In this document: in pieces, positions 56,770-64,000 of the stretch
Numbering within the stretch: position 1 is the first letter of the stretch
Layout: each line of letters begins with the position of its first letter
Translations under genes and position numbers: made by a program
Assembly: GCA_025451785.1 (NCBI GenBank)
Contig: JANWJV010000001.1
Location: 1,136-65,135 of the forward strand
Direction of reading: 5' to 3'
DNA length: 64,000 nt
Origin: Bacteroidia bacterium
GTDB lineage: Bacteria; Bacteroidota; Bacteroidia; JANWJV01
Notes under the pieces: generated by a model
What the model was told of the DNA's origin: nothing
The model's database searches: none
What the model saw: the letters and a program-made list of their open reading frames with translations, nothing else

Positions 56770-57526
56770 GCGCGTTATACTTATCGGCGCCGGCAATGTG
56801 GCAAGCCACCTGGGACCTGCGCTTAAAAAGAAAGGCTATTCTGTTGTGCAGGTATACAGCCGTACGAAAGCCGCTGCCATTCTGCTTGCAAAGAAAACAG
56901 GCGCGCAAGCCGTTACCAACCTGCGTTCATTGAAGGAAGCCGATATTATTATCATTTCCGTAAAGGACGATGCCCTTCCCAAAGTTGCGGCGCAGATAAG
57001 GACAAAAGCTTTGGTGCTTCATACTTCCGGTCCGCTGGGGTTGGGTGTTTTAAAAAAATGTTCTCCTCATACAGGCGTTCTCTACCCTTTGCAAACATTC
57101 TCCAAAGAGGAAACCGTTGACATGAAAAGTGTGCCTTTGTGCATTGAGGCTAACAGTAAGCAGGCCTGGGCCGATCTTACAGAACTTGCGCTGAAACTTT
57201 CAGGTACTGCCTACAAAGTAAATTCAGCGAAGAGAGAAACACTTCATTTGGCGGCGGTGTTCGCCTGTAATTTCACCAATCACTTTTATGGGATCGCCGA
57301 GAAGCTGATGAAGCAAAAGGGAATGCCTTTCTATTTGCTCAATCCGCTTATTGCCGAAACCATGCGTAAGGCATCGCATGGCGATCCCATAAAAATGCAA
57401 ACGGGCCCGGCGGTACGCGGCGATAAGAAGACAATGAGCAAACACCTGGCATTGCTTAAAAAGGAGCCGGAACTGCAGCGCCTGTATCGTTTGCTGAGCA
57501 AGAGCATTATGAGAAATAAACCCTAA
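56762..57526 (+). CDS. Rossmann-like / DUF2520 domain protein (ketopantoate-reductase-like NAD(P)-binding)
   Basis: N-terminal ILIGAGNVASHLG dinucleotide-binding motif. 254 aa. Overlaps the ccmF stop by 8 nt. Confidence 0.65.
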   Translation: MAKRVILIGAGNVASHLGPALKKKGYSVVQVYSRTKAAAILLAKKTGAQAVTNLRSLKEADIIIISVKDDALPKVAAQIRTKALVLHTSGPLGLGVLKKCSPHTGVLYPLQTFSKEETVDMKSVPLCIEANSKQAWADLTELALKLSGTAYKVNSAKRETLHLAAVFACNFTNHFYGIAEKLMKQKGMPFYLLNPLIAETMRKASHGDPIKMQTGPAVRGDKKTMSKHLALLKKEPELQRLYRLLSKSIMRNKP

Positions 57527-57535
57527 TTTTGAAGC

Positions 57536-58051
57536 ATGCCCGATAACTTCAAACAGCTCCTCGGAAATATCAAGGCTTTTGTATTCGATGTGGACGGTGT
57601 ATTGACCGATGGTTCACTATTGCTTTTACCCGGCGGCGAACAGGCCCGCACCATGAATATCCGCGACGGCTATGCGCTGCAGCTTGCGGCGAAGAAAGGT
57701 TACCAGATCGCGGTAATTACTGGTGGTCGTTCTGAAGAAGTGAAAAAGCGCTTGAAGGGCCTGGGTGTTACCAGCATTTATCTCGACGCGCAGATCAAGA
57801 TAGAAGCCTACAACGATTTTGTTGCCTCCTATAGCCTTAAAAAGGAAGAGATCCTCTATATGGGCGACGACCTGCCGGATGAAGAAGTGATGATGAAAGT
57901 GGGTGTGCCCGCTTGTCCTAAAGATGCGGCTCCTGAGATTCGGGCGATCAGTATTTATATCTCTGATAAAAAAGGCGGCGAGGGTTGTGTGCGTGATGTG
58001 ATCGAACAAGTGATGCGCCTCCATGGCAAATGGGAGGCCGAAAGATCGTAG
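57536..58051 (+). CDS. kdsC: 3-deoxy-D-manno-octulosonate 8-phosphate phosphatase (HAD family)
   Basis: FVFDVDGVLTDG motif I, GDDLPD motif. 171 aa. Confidence 0.85.
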   Translation: MPDNFKQLLGNIKAFVFDVDGVLTDGSLLLLPGGEQARTMNIRDGYALQLAAKKGYQIAVITGGRSEEVKKRLKGLGVTSIYLDAQIKIEAYNDFVASYSLKKEEILYMGDDLPDEEVMMKVGVPACPKDAAPEIRAISIYISDKKGGEGCVRDVIEQVMRLHGKWEAERS

Positions 58052-58054
58052 ACC

Positions 58055-59008
58055 ATGATATCATTCCTGAGGCTCATACGCCTGCCTAACCTGTTGATCA
58101 TCGCGGGCACCCAATACCTGATGAGGTATTGTGTGGTGCAGCCCTTGCTGGCCACCGCGGGATTGGAGCTTCAGCTCAGTCATTTTGATTTTTTCCTGCT
58201 CTGCCTCTCCACTGTCATGATCGCGGCGGCAGGCTATGTTATTAACGATTATTTCGATACCAAGACCGACATTATCAATCGCCCCGAAAGTGTTGTGATC
58301 GATAAAGGGGTGAAACGCCGTGTGGCGATGGGCGCGCATTCGGTGATCAATTTTGCAGGTGTGGTACTGGGGTTTTATGCCGGCTATAAGGCAGGACTTT
58401 ACAAGCTGGGTGTCATTCATTTTGTGAGCGCGGGCCTGTTGTGGTTTTACTCTACCGATTTTAAGCGGCAACTTATTGTAGGAAACATTGTTGTATCGGT
58501 GCTCACAGCCCTGGTGCCTATGCTGGTGGTATTGTATGACATGCCCCGCATTAATGTTCACTATTACCTGGAGCTGGTGCAATCGGGCATTAACCTGAAC
58601 TTCATCACCCGCTTTGTTGCCGCCTTCGCGCTGTTTGCCTTCCTTACCTCGCTCATACGCGAGATCATTAAGGACATGGAAGACATGGAAGGCGACGCGG
58701 CCATCGGCTGTAAAACCATTCCGCTCTCTTTCGGGATCAGGACCTCTAAGACAATTGTCATCCTCCTGGTGCTTTCCACCTGCGTGCTGCTCGGCCTTAT
58801 ACAGTTGAAGCAATACGAGGCCGGCGACCTTCTTTCGTTTGCTTATCTCTCGGCAGGTGTGCAGGTCCCTATGCTGATACTCGCAGGGCTTGTGCTCAGG
58901 GCCTCAGCACCGAAACATTACCACAACGCCAGCGTGTTCATAAAAGTGATCATGCTTACAGGGGTGTTGTATTCATTCATTGTTTATTACAGTTTGCTTC
59001 CTAAGTGA
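58055..59008 (+). CDS. UbiA-family prenyltransferase (membrane)
   Basis: Asp-rich motif YVINDYFDTKTDIINRP. 8-9 TM helices. 317 aa. Confidence 0.8.
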   Translation: MISFLRLIRLPNLLIIAGTQYLMRYCVVQPLLATAGLELQLSHFDFFLLCLSTVMIAAAGYVINDYFDTKTDIINRPESVVIDKGVKRRVAMGAHSVINFAGVVLGFYAGYKAGLYKLGVIHFVSAGLLWFYSTDFKRQLIVGNIVVSVLTALVPMLVVLYDMPRINVHYYLELVQSGINLNFITRFVAAFALFAFLTSLIREIIKDMEDMEGDAAIGCKTIPLSFGIRTSKTIVILLVLSTCVLLGLIQLKQYEAGDLLSFAYLSAGVQVPMLILAGLVLRASAPKHYHNASVFIKVIMLTGVLYSFIVYYSLLPK

Positions 59009-59664
59009 GTCAACCTTCTCTCCTGCTCGCTTCCAAGTCACCGCGTAGGCAATTCCTGATGAAGGAGTTGGGTTACCACTTCACCGTAAGGACAAAGGAG
59101 ACCGACGAATCATTCCCAGCTGACCTTAAGGCGCAGGAGATCGCGCTTTTTCTTTGTAAGAAAAAAGCCGCTGCTTTTGATGCGGAACTTAAGGAGAACA
59201 CTCTTCTTCTAACCGCCGACACCATTGTGTGGGTACAGGGCAATGTGCTTAACAAACCGGCCGACGAAAAGGAAGCGCTGGAAATGCTGATGATGCTCTC
59301 AGGGAAAATGCATGAAGTGTTTACAGGTATCTGCCTGAAAAGCAACAAGACCGAAAAGGTCTTCTTTGTGCGAAGTGAAGTTTGTTTTAAACCGCTTAAC
59401 GAAGAGCAGGTATTGCGTTATGTTCGCGAGCGTTCTCCATTTGACAAGGCGGGATCGTATGGCGCGCAAGAATGTCTGCCAGAAGGCATGGATCCTTGCT
59501 CGGAAGAGGAGCGTTACTTTCTCCGCAAAGCGGGTAAACCCAACCTTGCCGAGCTCAGCAAGGGCCCGCATTACGGTTTCATCGATAAGATACAAGGTTC
59601 CTATTTCAATGTGATGGGGCTGCCCGTTGTTGAGCTCTCCAGGGAGCTGAAACTTTTTTCTTAG
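59005..59664 (+). CDS. maf: Maf-like nucleoside triphosphate pyrophosphatase (septum-formation protein)
   Basis: LLLASKSPRR…LLTADTIV… Maf signature. Overlaps the ubiA stop by 4 nt. Confidence 0.85.
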   Translation: MSQPSLLLASKSPRRQFLMKELGYHFTVRTKETDESFPADLKAQEIALFLCKKKAAAFDAELKENTLLLTADTIVWVQGNVLNKPADEKEALEMLMMLSGKMHEVFTGICLKSNKTEKVFFVRSEVCFKPLNEEQVLRYVRERSPFDKAGSYGAQECLPEGMDPCSEEERYFLRKAGKPNLAELSKGPHYGFIDKIQGSYFNVMGLPVVELSRELKLFS

Positions 59665-59790
59665 CGCTTACCTCCCCAAGGACTGCTTTGGATAAATAGA
59701 TGCCGCCTTATTCTCAAAACGTGCATAAAATTTATTTCGCGGTATTGCTCTTCGGGACCTCCCTTCCTACCTTTATGGAAAATCACGAAC

Positions 59791-59976
59791 ATGAGATCCC
59801 TTACGCTCATCGCCATTTTCCTAAGCCTGTTCCTCATCGCGCTGCTGCTCATTAGTTTTGATCCCGGCAGCGCCATTGACGACCGCAACGCGCTTTCAGT
59901 GGGGGCGCTCAGCATAGCGGTGTACCTGTTTGTTTATTCGATCGTGGTTGCCATGCGTTCGAAGATCAAGCAATAA
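59791..59976 (+). CDS. Hypothetical small two-TM membrane protein
   Basis: 61 aa with two hydrophobic helices. No homology recognised. Confidence 0.3.
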   Translation: MRSLTLIAIFLSLFLIALLLISFDPGSAIDDRNALSVGALSIAVYLFVYSIVVAMRSKIKQ

Positions 59977-60022
59977 GTACCCTTTTCAGGCCCCGTATTT
60001 CCAATAATCGTATTTTTAGCCC

Positions 60023-60982
60023 ATGAAGAGTCTTTTAAAGGGCATTGTTGATGTATTGATCACCCGAGACGCTAAACGCCGGGGCGACCATAAGCCAAGC
60101 CACAAGGACAGGATGGTGTTCATGATCCACGTGCGCCAGCAATTGGTGGATGCTTTCCTTATCACAGCCGGGATGCTTTCAGCGGGTTTAGGCCTCAAGG
60201 GATTTCTACTGCCGAACGGCTTTATCGACGGCGGCATTACAGGAATATCTCTTTTGCTGGAGAACATCACTCATATTCCGCTGGCGGCATTGATCATCGC
60301 CATTAACGTTCCCTTTATTTTTATGGGCTACCGGAACATCGATAAGATATTCGCTTTCAAAACGCTTACGGCCATTGTAGGTCTTGCGCTCTGCCTCATC
60401 TTCATTCCCTATCCTATCGTTACCTCTGACAAGCTGCTGGTGGCGGTATTCGGGGGGCTTTTTCTCGGGGCGGGCATCGGTCTTGCTATGAGGGGCGGCG
60501 GGGTGATCGACGGAACAGAAGTGCTTGCCATTTCCATCAGCCGTAAGTCCACCATGACGCCCGGCGACGTGATCCTTATTGTGAACATTCTCATTTTTTC
60601 TATCGCGGCCTTTGTGCTTTCTTTCGAGCGGGCGCTCTACTCCATCCTCACCTATTTCGCGGCGGCGAAAACATTGGATTATATAATATCCGGTATCGAG
60701 GAATATACGGGTGTTACCATTATCTCAAGTCATAGTGAACAGATCCGTAAAATGATCACTGAGGAACTCGGCCGCGGCGCTACTATTTACCAGGGGAAGA
60801 GAGGTTACGGGACCCATGGCCATAAGCTCGATCAAACAGAGATCATCTTTACAGTGGTAACGCGCCTTGAGATATCAAAATTGAAGGCCGAGATCGAGAA
60901 GATAGATACGCAGGCCTTTGTGGTGATGCACAGCATTAAGGATACCAAAGGCGGTATGATCAAGAAGCGCCCGCTTCACTAA
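60023..60982 (+). CDS. YitT-family membrane protein (DUF161 / DUF2179)
   Basis: Four to five TM helices with GFIDGGITGISLLL and GGGVIDGTEVLAISISRK motifs, and a C-terminal DUF2179-like soluble domain. Confidence 0.75.
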   Translation: MKSLLKGIVDVLITRDAKRRGDHKPSHKDRMVFMIHVRQQLVDAFLITAGMLSAGLGLKGFLLPNGFIDGGITGISLLLENITHIPLAALIIAINVPFIFMGYRNIDKIFAFKTLTAIVGLALCLIFIPYPIVTSDKLLVAVFGGLFLGAGIGLAMRGGGVIDGTEVLAISISRKSTMTPGDVILIVNILIFSIAAFVLSFERALYSILTYFAAAKTLDYIISGIEEYTGVTIISSHSEQIRKMITEELGRGATIYQGKRGYGTHGHKLDQTEIIFTVVTRLEISKLKAEIEKIDTQAFVVMHSIKDTKGGMIKKRPLH

Positions 60983-61229
60983 GCGAACTGCCGATCGCCC
61001 TTAATTTCGAATTCTTGCTTAGTTTTTTGAAAGCGTATTCGGCCTTGGAGGCTTCCGAGCGGTCAGCGTGCGGCCATAGCGCGAGAAGTTTTACCGGTCC
61101 CCTTCCGCGGGTATATTTTGCTCCCTTTCCGGTGTTGTGCTGTTCCAGTCTCTTAACAATGTGGTTGGTGATGCCGCAGTAAAGCGTATCGTCGGCACAT
61201 TCAAGCAGGTATAAATACCAGATCACCAT
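60960..61229 (-). CDS. GIY-YIG nuclease-family small protein (UPF0213-like)
   Basis: YLYLLECADDTLYCGITNHIVKRLEQHNTGKGAKYTRGRGPVKL is the GIY-YIG core. 89 aa. It overlaps the 3' end of yitT convergently by 23 nt. Confidence 0.75.
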   Translation of the reverse strand: MVIWYLYLLECADDTLYCGITNHIVKRLEQHNTGKGAKYTRGRGPVKLLALWPHADRSEASKAEYAFKKLSKNSKLRAIGSSLSEAGAS

Positions 61230-61239
61230 CCGTTCGTGC

Positions 61240-63237
61240 CTAAACCTTTACGCCGATCACCAATACATCGTCCACCTGATCAAGTGTGCCTTTCCAATCA
61301 TTAAAGGCTTTCAACAGGACCGCTTCCTGTTCTTCCATTGGTAGCTCCTGGATGGAAAGAAGCAATTCCTTGAGTGGTTTGTATTTGAATTTTTTTCCTT
61401 TGGGTCCGCCGAACTGGTCGGCATAGCCATCTGAAAAAATATAATAGGTGTCGCCCGCCTTCATTTCCAGCTTATGGCCGATAAATGGATGCGACTGGCC
61501 CATGAAGTAACCGATGGGGCGTTTCGCTGCCTCGTACTCAATTAATTCGTAGTTGGTTGTTTGCTGTTTGTCGTTCCGGCGAACCACCCAAAGAGGATTG
61601 TTGGCGCCAGCAAATTCCACTGTCCCGTTAGCGTCGTCAAAGGCGATAAGGGCAATGTCCATTCCGTCCTTGGCCTCCACCGAATCGCCGGTTTGCTTCA
61701 ATGAGCGGATCACCATATGGCGAAGCTCGCTCAGGATCGTTTCGGGCCGCGTGATACCGCGCTCGTTCACTACTTCATTGAGAAAATCGTTTCCTATAAG
61801 GCTCATGAAGGCGCCCGGCACGCCGTGCCCTGTGCAATCGACCGCGGCGATGAAGCGTTTCCCTCCTTTTTTGGCAAACCAATAGAAGTCGCCGCTCACC
61901 ACATCCCTGGGCTGGAATAGCACAAAGGCATTGGGGAACAAGCTGTACTTGAGCTCCTTTTCTGAAAAGAGCGCTTCCTGGATCTTCTTCGCGTAATTGA
62001 TACTGTCGGTGATATCCTTATTCTTGTCTTCGATGATCTTGTTCTTTTCGGCCAGCGACACATTGGCCCTTTGCTTTTCACGAAAGCTCCGGAAGATGAG
62101 CAGCGCGAGCAGGAATACCAGCACCAGGCCCGCAATAGAGTAGTTTCGCTGCTGTTTCTGCCGGTTCAACTCCGCATCTGCCTGCAGGTCTTTTCGCTCC
62201 TGCTCCAGTTTTTCCTGCGCCTGCTTTTTCTCGTATTCAAAATCCAGTTCGGCCCGCACGCTTTTCTCGAGGTTCGCCTGGTTAAGGATGCTGTCGCGGT
62301 AATCGATATAGAGATCAAAGTGTTTAAGTCCTTTCCTGAAATCCCCTTCGGTGGTATCGAGGCACACCATTTTCTCTAACGTATGTTTCATAGAAGCCTT
62401 AAAGCTCTGTTCGCTCGCGATCTGCGTAGCGCGGTCGAGGTACTGCCTGGCATCTTTGAACTTCCGCATTTTTGTATGAAGACTACCCAGGTTGGTGCAG
62501 GCAGCCGCAATACCTTCCTTATCGCCCAATTCTTCCACAATAGCCAGGGTGCGCTTGTAAATGGCCATGGCGCTGTCCAATTTCCCTTTGGCAAAATAGA
62601 TGTTCCCGATATTATTGAGAGTGCCGGTCATTCCCGCCCGATCGCCGATCTCTTTCTTGATCTCCACCGATTTGTAATAGAATTCCAACGAAAGAGCATC
62701 GTTGTTCATGTCGTAATACACCGTACCAATATTGTTGAGGCTGGCCGCGATCCGTTTTTTATCACCGATCTCTTTGAATATCTCCAGCGACTTCAGGTAA
62801 TTGTCAAGAGCCCTTGGAAGATCAGCGCGTTCCTTAAATACCGACCCGATATTATTGTACGAAGCGGCGATGCCGGGTTTGTCATTCTCAGCAAGCCGTA
62901 TGCGCAGGGCCTGGTAGTTGTTCTCCAGCGATTTGCCGTAATTACCTTTCATGCGGTATAAAATACCCAGGTTATTGAAGGTGGTGGCGGTCATTATCTT
63001 CACACCGCGTTCATTGCCTTTATGCGCAGCCAACAGGGCCATGGCCTGCGAGGAAAAGTTCAGGGCCTTGTCGTATTGCCCGATGGTGATCAGCTGACGG
63101 CTTAGCTTGTTGAGAAGGTCGGCCTTTACAGTATCGACCTTTGCCTCACGCATAATATTCTCGAGCGAGTCAAGCTCGCCTGGCTGTGCAAGCGCCAGGT
63201 AAGGAAGTGAAAATAGTAAGAGAAGGCTTTTCTTCAT
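61240..63237 (-). CDS. TPR-repeat, single-TM, PP2C/SpoIIE-family serine phosphatase, paralog 2
   Basis: Same architecture and length (665 aa) as the 13934..15892 product. Signal peptide MKKSLLLLFSLPYLALAQ, TPR units, a coiled coil, a TM helix (IAGLVLVFLLALLIF), then PP2C (…AVDCTGHGVPGAFMSLIGNDFLNEVV…FSDGYADQFGG). Confidence 0.8.
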   Translation of the reverse strand: MKKSLLLLFSLPYLALAQPGELDSLENIMREAKVDTVKADLLNKLSRQLITIGQYDKALNFSSQAMALLAAHKGNERGVKIMTATTFNNLGILYRMKGNYGKSLENNYQALRIRLAENDKPGIAASYNNIGSVFKERADLPRALDNYLKSLEIFKEIGDKKRIAASLNNIGTVYYDMNNDALSLEFYYKSVEIKKEIGDRAGMTGTLNNIGNIYFAKGKLDSAMAIYKRTLAIVEELGDKEGIAAACTNLGSLHTKMRKFKDARQYLDRATQIASEQSFKASMKHTLEKMVCLDTTEGDFRKGLKHFDLYIDYRDSILNQANLEKSVRAELDFEYEKKQAQEKLEQERKDLQADAELNRQKQQRNYSIAGLVLVFLLALLIFRSFREKQRANVSLAEKNKIIEDKNKDITDSINYAKKIQEALFSEKELKYSLFPNAFVLFQPRDVVSGDFYWFAKKGGKRFIAAVDCTGHGVPGAFMSLIGNDFLNEVVNERGITRPETILSELRHMVIRSLKQTGDSVEAKDGMDIALIAFDDANGTVEFAGANNPLWVVRRNDKQQTTNYELIEYEAAKRPIGYFMGQSHPFIGHKLEMKAGDTYYIFSDGYADQFGGPKGKKFKYKPLKELLLSIQELPMEEQEAVLLKAFNDWKGTLDQVDDVLVIGVKV

Positions 63238-63289
63238 CCGGTAAGGGTGCCGAAACGAGGGTTCTTACCAAACATACAAAAATTCCGGC

Positions 63290-64000
63290 TCAGTTCATCG
63301 GCACTTCTATGAGAAGCACTTCGGCGTTTTCTTTAGCGGAAATAGCAATTGTATCGGTTTCCCAAATGCCAAGGGCATCACGTTTACTGAGTTCCTTCCC
63401 GTCAACCATTACAGCACCATCCACAACCATAAGGTAAACACCATTGCCTTTGAACTTTAGGTTGTACTCCAGCTCTTTTCCCTTATCGATACGCGCCATG
63501 CTGAACACAGTGTCCTGGTGAAGCCACAAAGCCCCTTCTGTTTCATCAGGAGAGACCAGCACCTGGAATTTGTTGTTGCGTTCTTTCGGATCGAACATCT
63601 TTTGATCATAACGCGGCTGCACATTTTTTAGCTTGGGGAATATCCATACCTGGAACAGGCTGCAATGCTCCGTCTTGGAATGGTTGAACTCCGAATGCAT
63701 GATCCCGGAGCCCGCGCTCATCACCTGCACCTCGTTCTTTTGTATCACACCATGTCCGCCTGCATTGTCGCTGTGCTCCAGCGAGCCTTCCAGTGGAATG
63801 GTAACGATCTCCATGTTATCATGGGGGTGCATGCCGAAGCCCATGCCCGGCGCTATGCGGTCGTCGTTGAGCACACGCAGCATACCGAAATGGACCTTTT
63901 TCTCGTCGTACCAGCCGGCGAAGCTGAAAGAGTGATGCGCGTTGAGCCAGCCATGGTCGGCATGGCCACGTTCGGAAGCGGGATGGAATACTGTTTTCAT
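63290..64000 (-). CDS. Pirin-family cupin protein (quercetin-2,3-dioxygenase-like)
   Basis: HPHRGFE-type metal site region MGFGMHPHDNMEIVT…E. Bicupin length of 236 aa. The start ATG is the last 3 nt of the window. Confidence 0.85.
   Translation of the reverse strand: MKTVFHPASERGHADHGWLNAHHSFSFAGWYDEKKVHFGMLRVLNDDRIAPGMGFGMHPHDNMEIVTIPLEGSLEHSDNAGGHGVIQKNEVQVMSAGSGIMHSEFNHSKTEHCSLFQVWIFPKLKNVQPRYDQKMFDPKERNNKFQVLVSPDETEGALWLHQDTVFSMARIDKGKELEYNLKFKGNGVYLMVVDGAVMVDGKELSKRDALGIWETDTIAISAKENAEVLLIEVPMN

Noticed and set aside
57626-58813. Minus-strand ORFs 57626..58024 and 58061..58813
   Set aside because: They are antisense to kdsC and the UbiA prenyltransferase gene, both of which have clear motifs.
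1-64000. Mobile elements, prophage, CRISPR, tRNA and rRNA
   Set aside because: I found no transposase, integrase or Cas-like translations. There are no cloverleaf-like tRNA candidates in the intergenic regions and no rRNA-like conserved stretches. The window appears to be core chromosome with embedded accessory surface loci.

Overview
The window is a chromosomal segment from a Bacteroidota genome. GC is about 50%, and gene content, Bacteroidetes-type promoter motifs and T9SS cargo suggest a Chitinophagaceae- or Sphingobacteriia-like organism. No rRNA genes, tRNA genes, CRISPR arrays, transposases or integrases were found. The backbone is conserved housekeeping: gyrA and clpC at the start, then a long co-directional minus-strand string (bamD, rpoZ, coaBC, a DUF4835-like gene, recN, fabI and an outer-membrane-barrel-like gene). 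The far end carries a variant System I cytochrome c maturation operon (ccmBCDEF) running straight into a DUF2520 gene, kdsC, ubiA and maf. Five accessory features sit in this backbone. (1) A 1,510-aa secreted protein made almost entirely of about 21 tandem 60-63-aa repeats that I cannot place in a named family. (2) A tandem array of four large T9SS type-B sorted adhesin-like proteins, each with SprB-type repeats, two PKD domains and a gliding-motility C-terminal domain. No porP/sprF-like partner is visible; instead a translationally coupled 159-aa soluble protein follows. (3) A three-gene periplasmic glycosylation module: two paralogous GT-C-fold membrane proteins flanking a GtrB/CsbB-like GT2. 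(4) A T9SS type-A sorted BNR/sialidase-like protein with a textbook Bacteroidetes promoter. (5) A KGG-repeat, intrinsically disordered stress protein with an unusually strong Shine-Dalgarno sequence. Also noted: a histone-H1-like 57-aa gene missing from the ORF track, two paralogous TPR-PP2C phosphatases, and a long imperfect inverted repeat in the gpx/ccmB divergent intergenic region. All calls rest on reading the translations and the DNA; no database searches were run.
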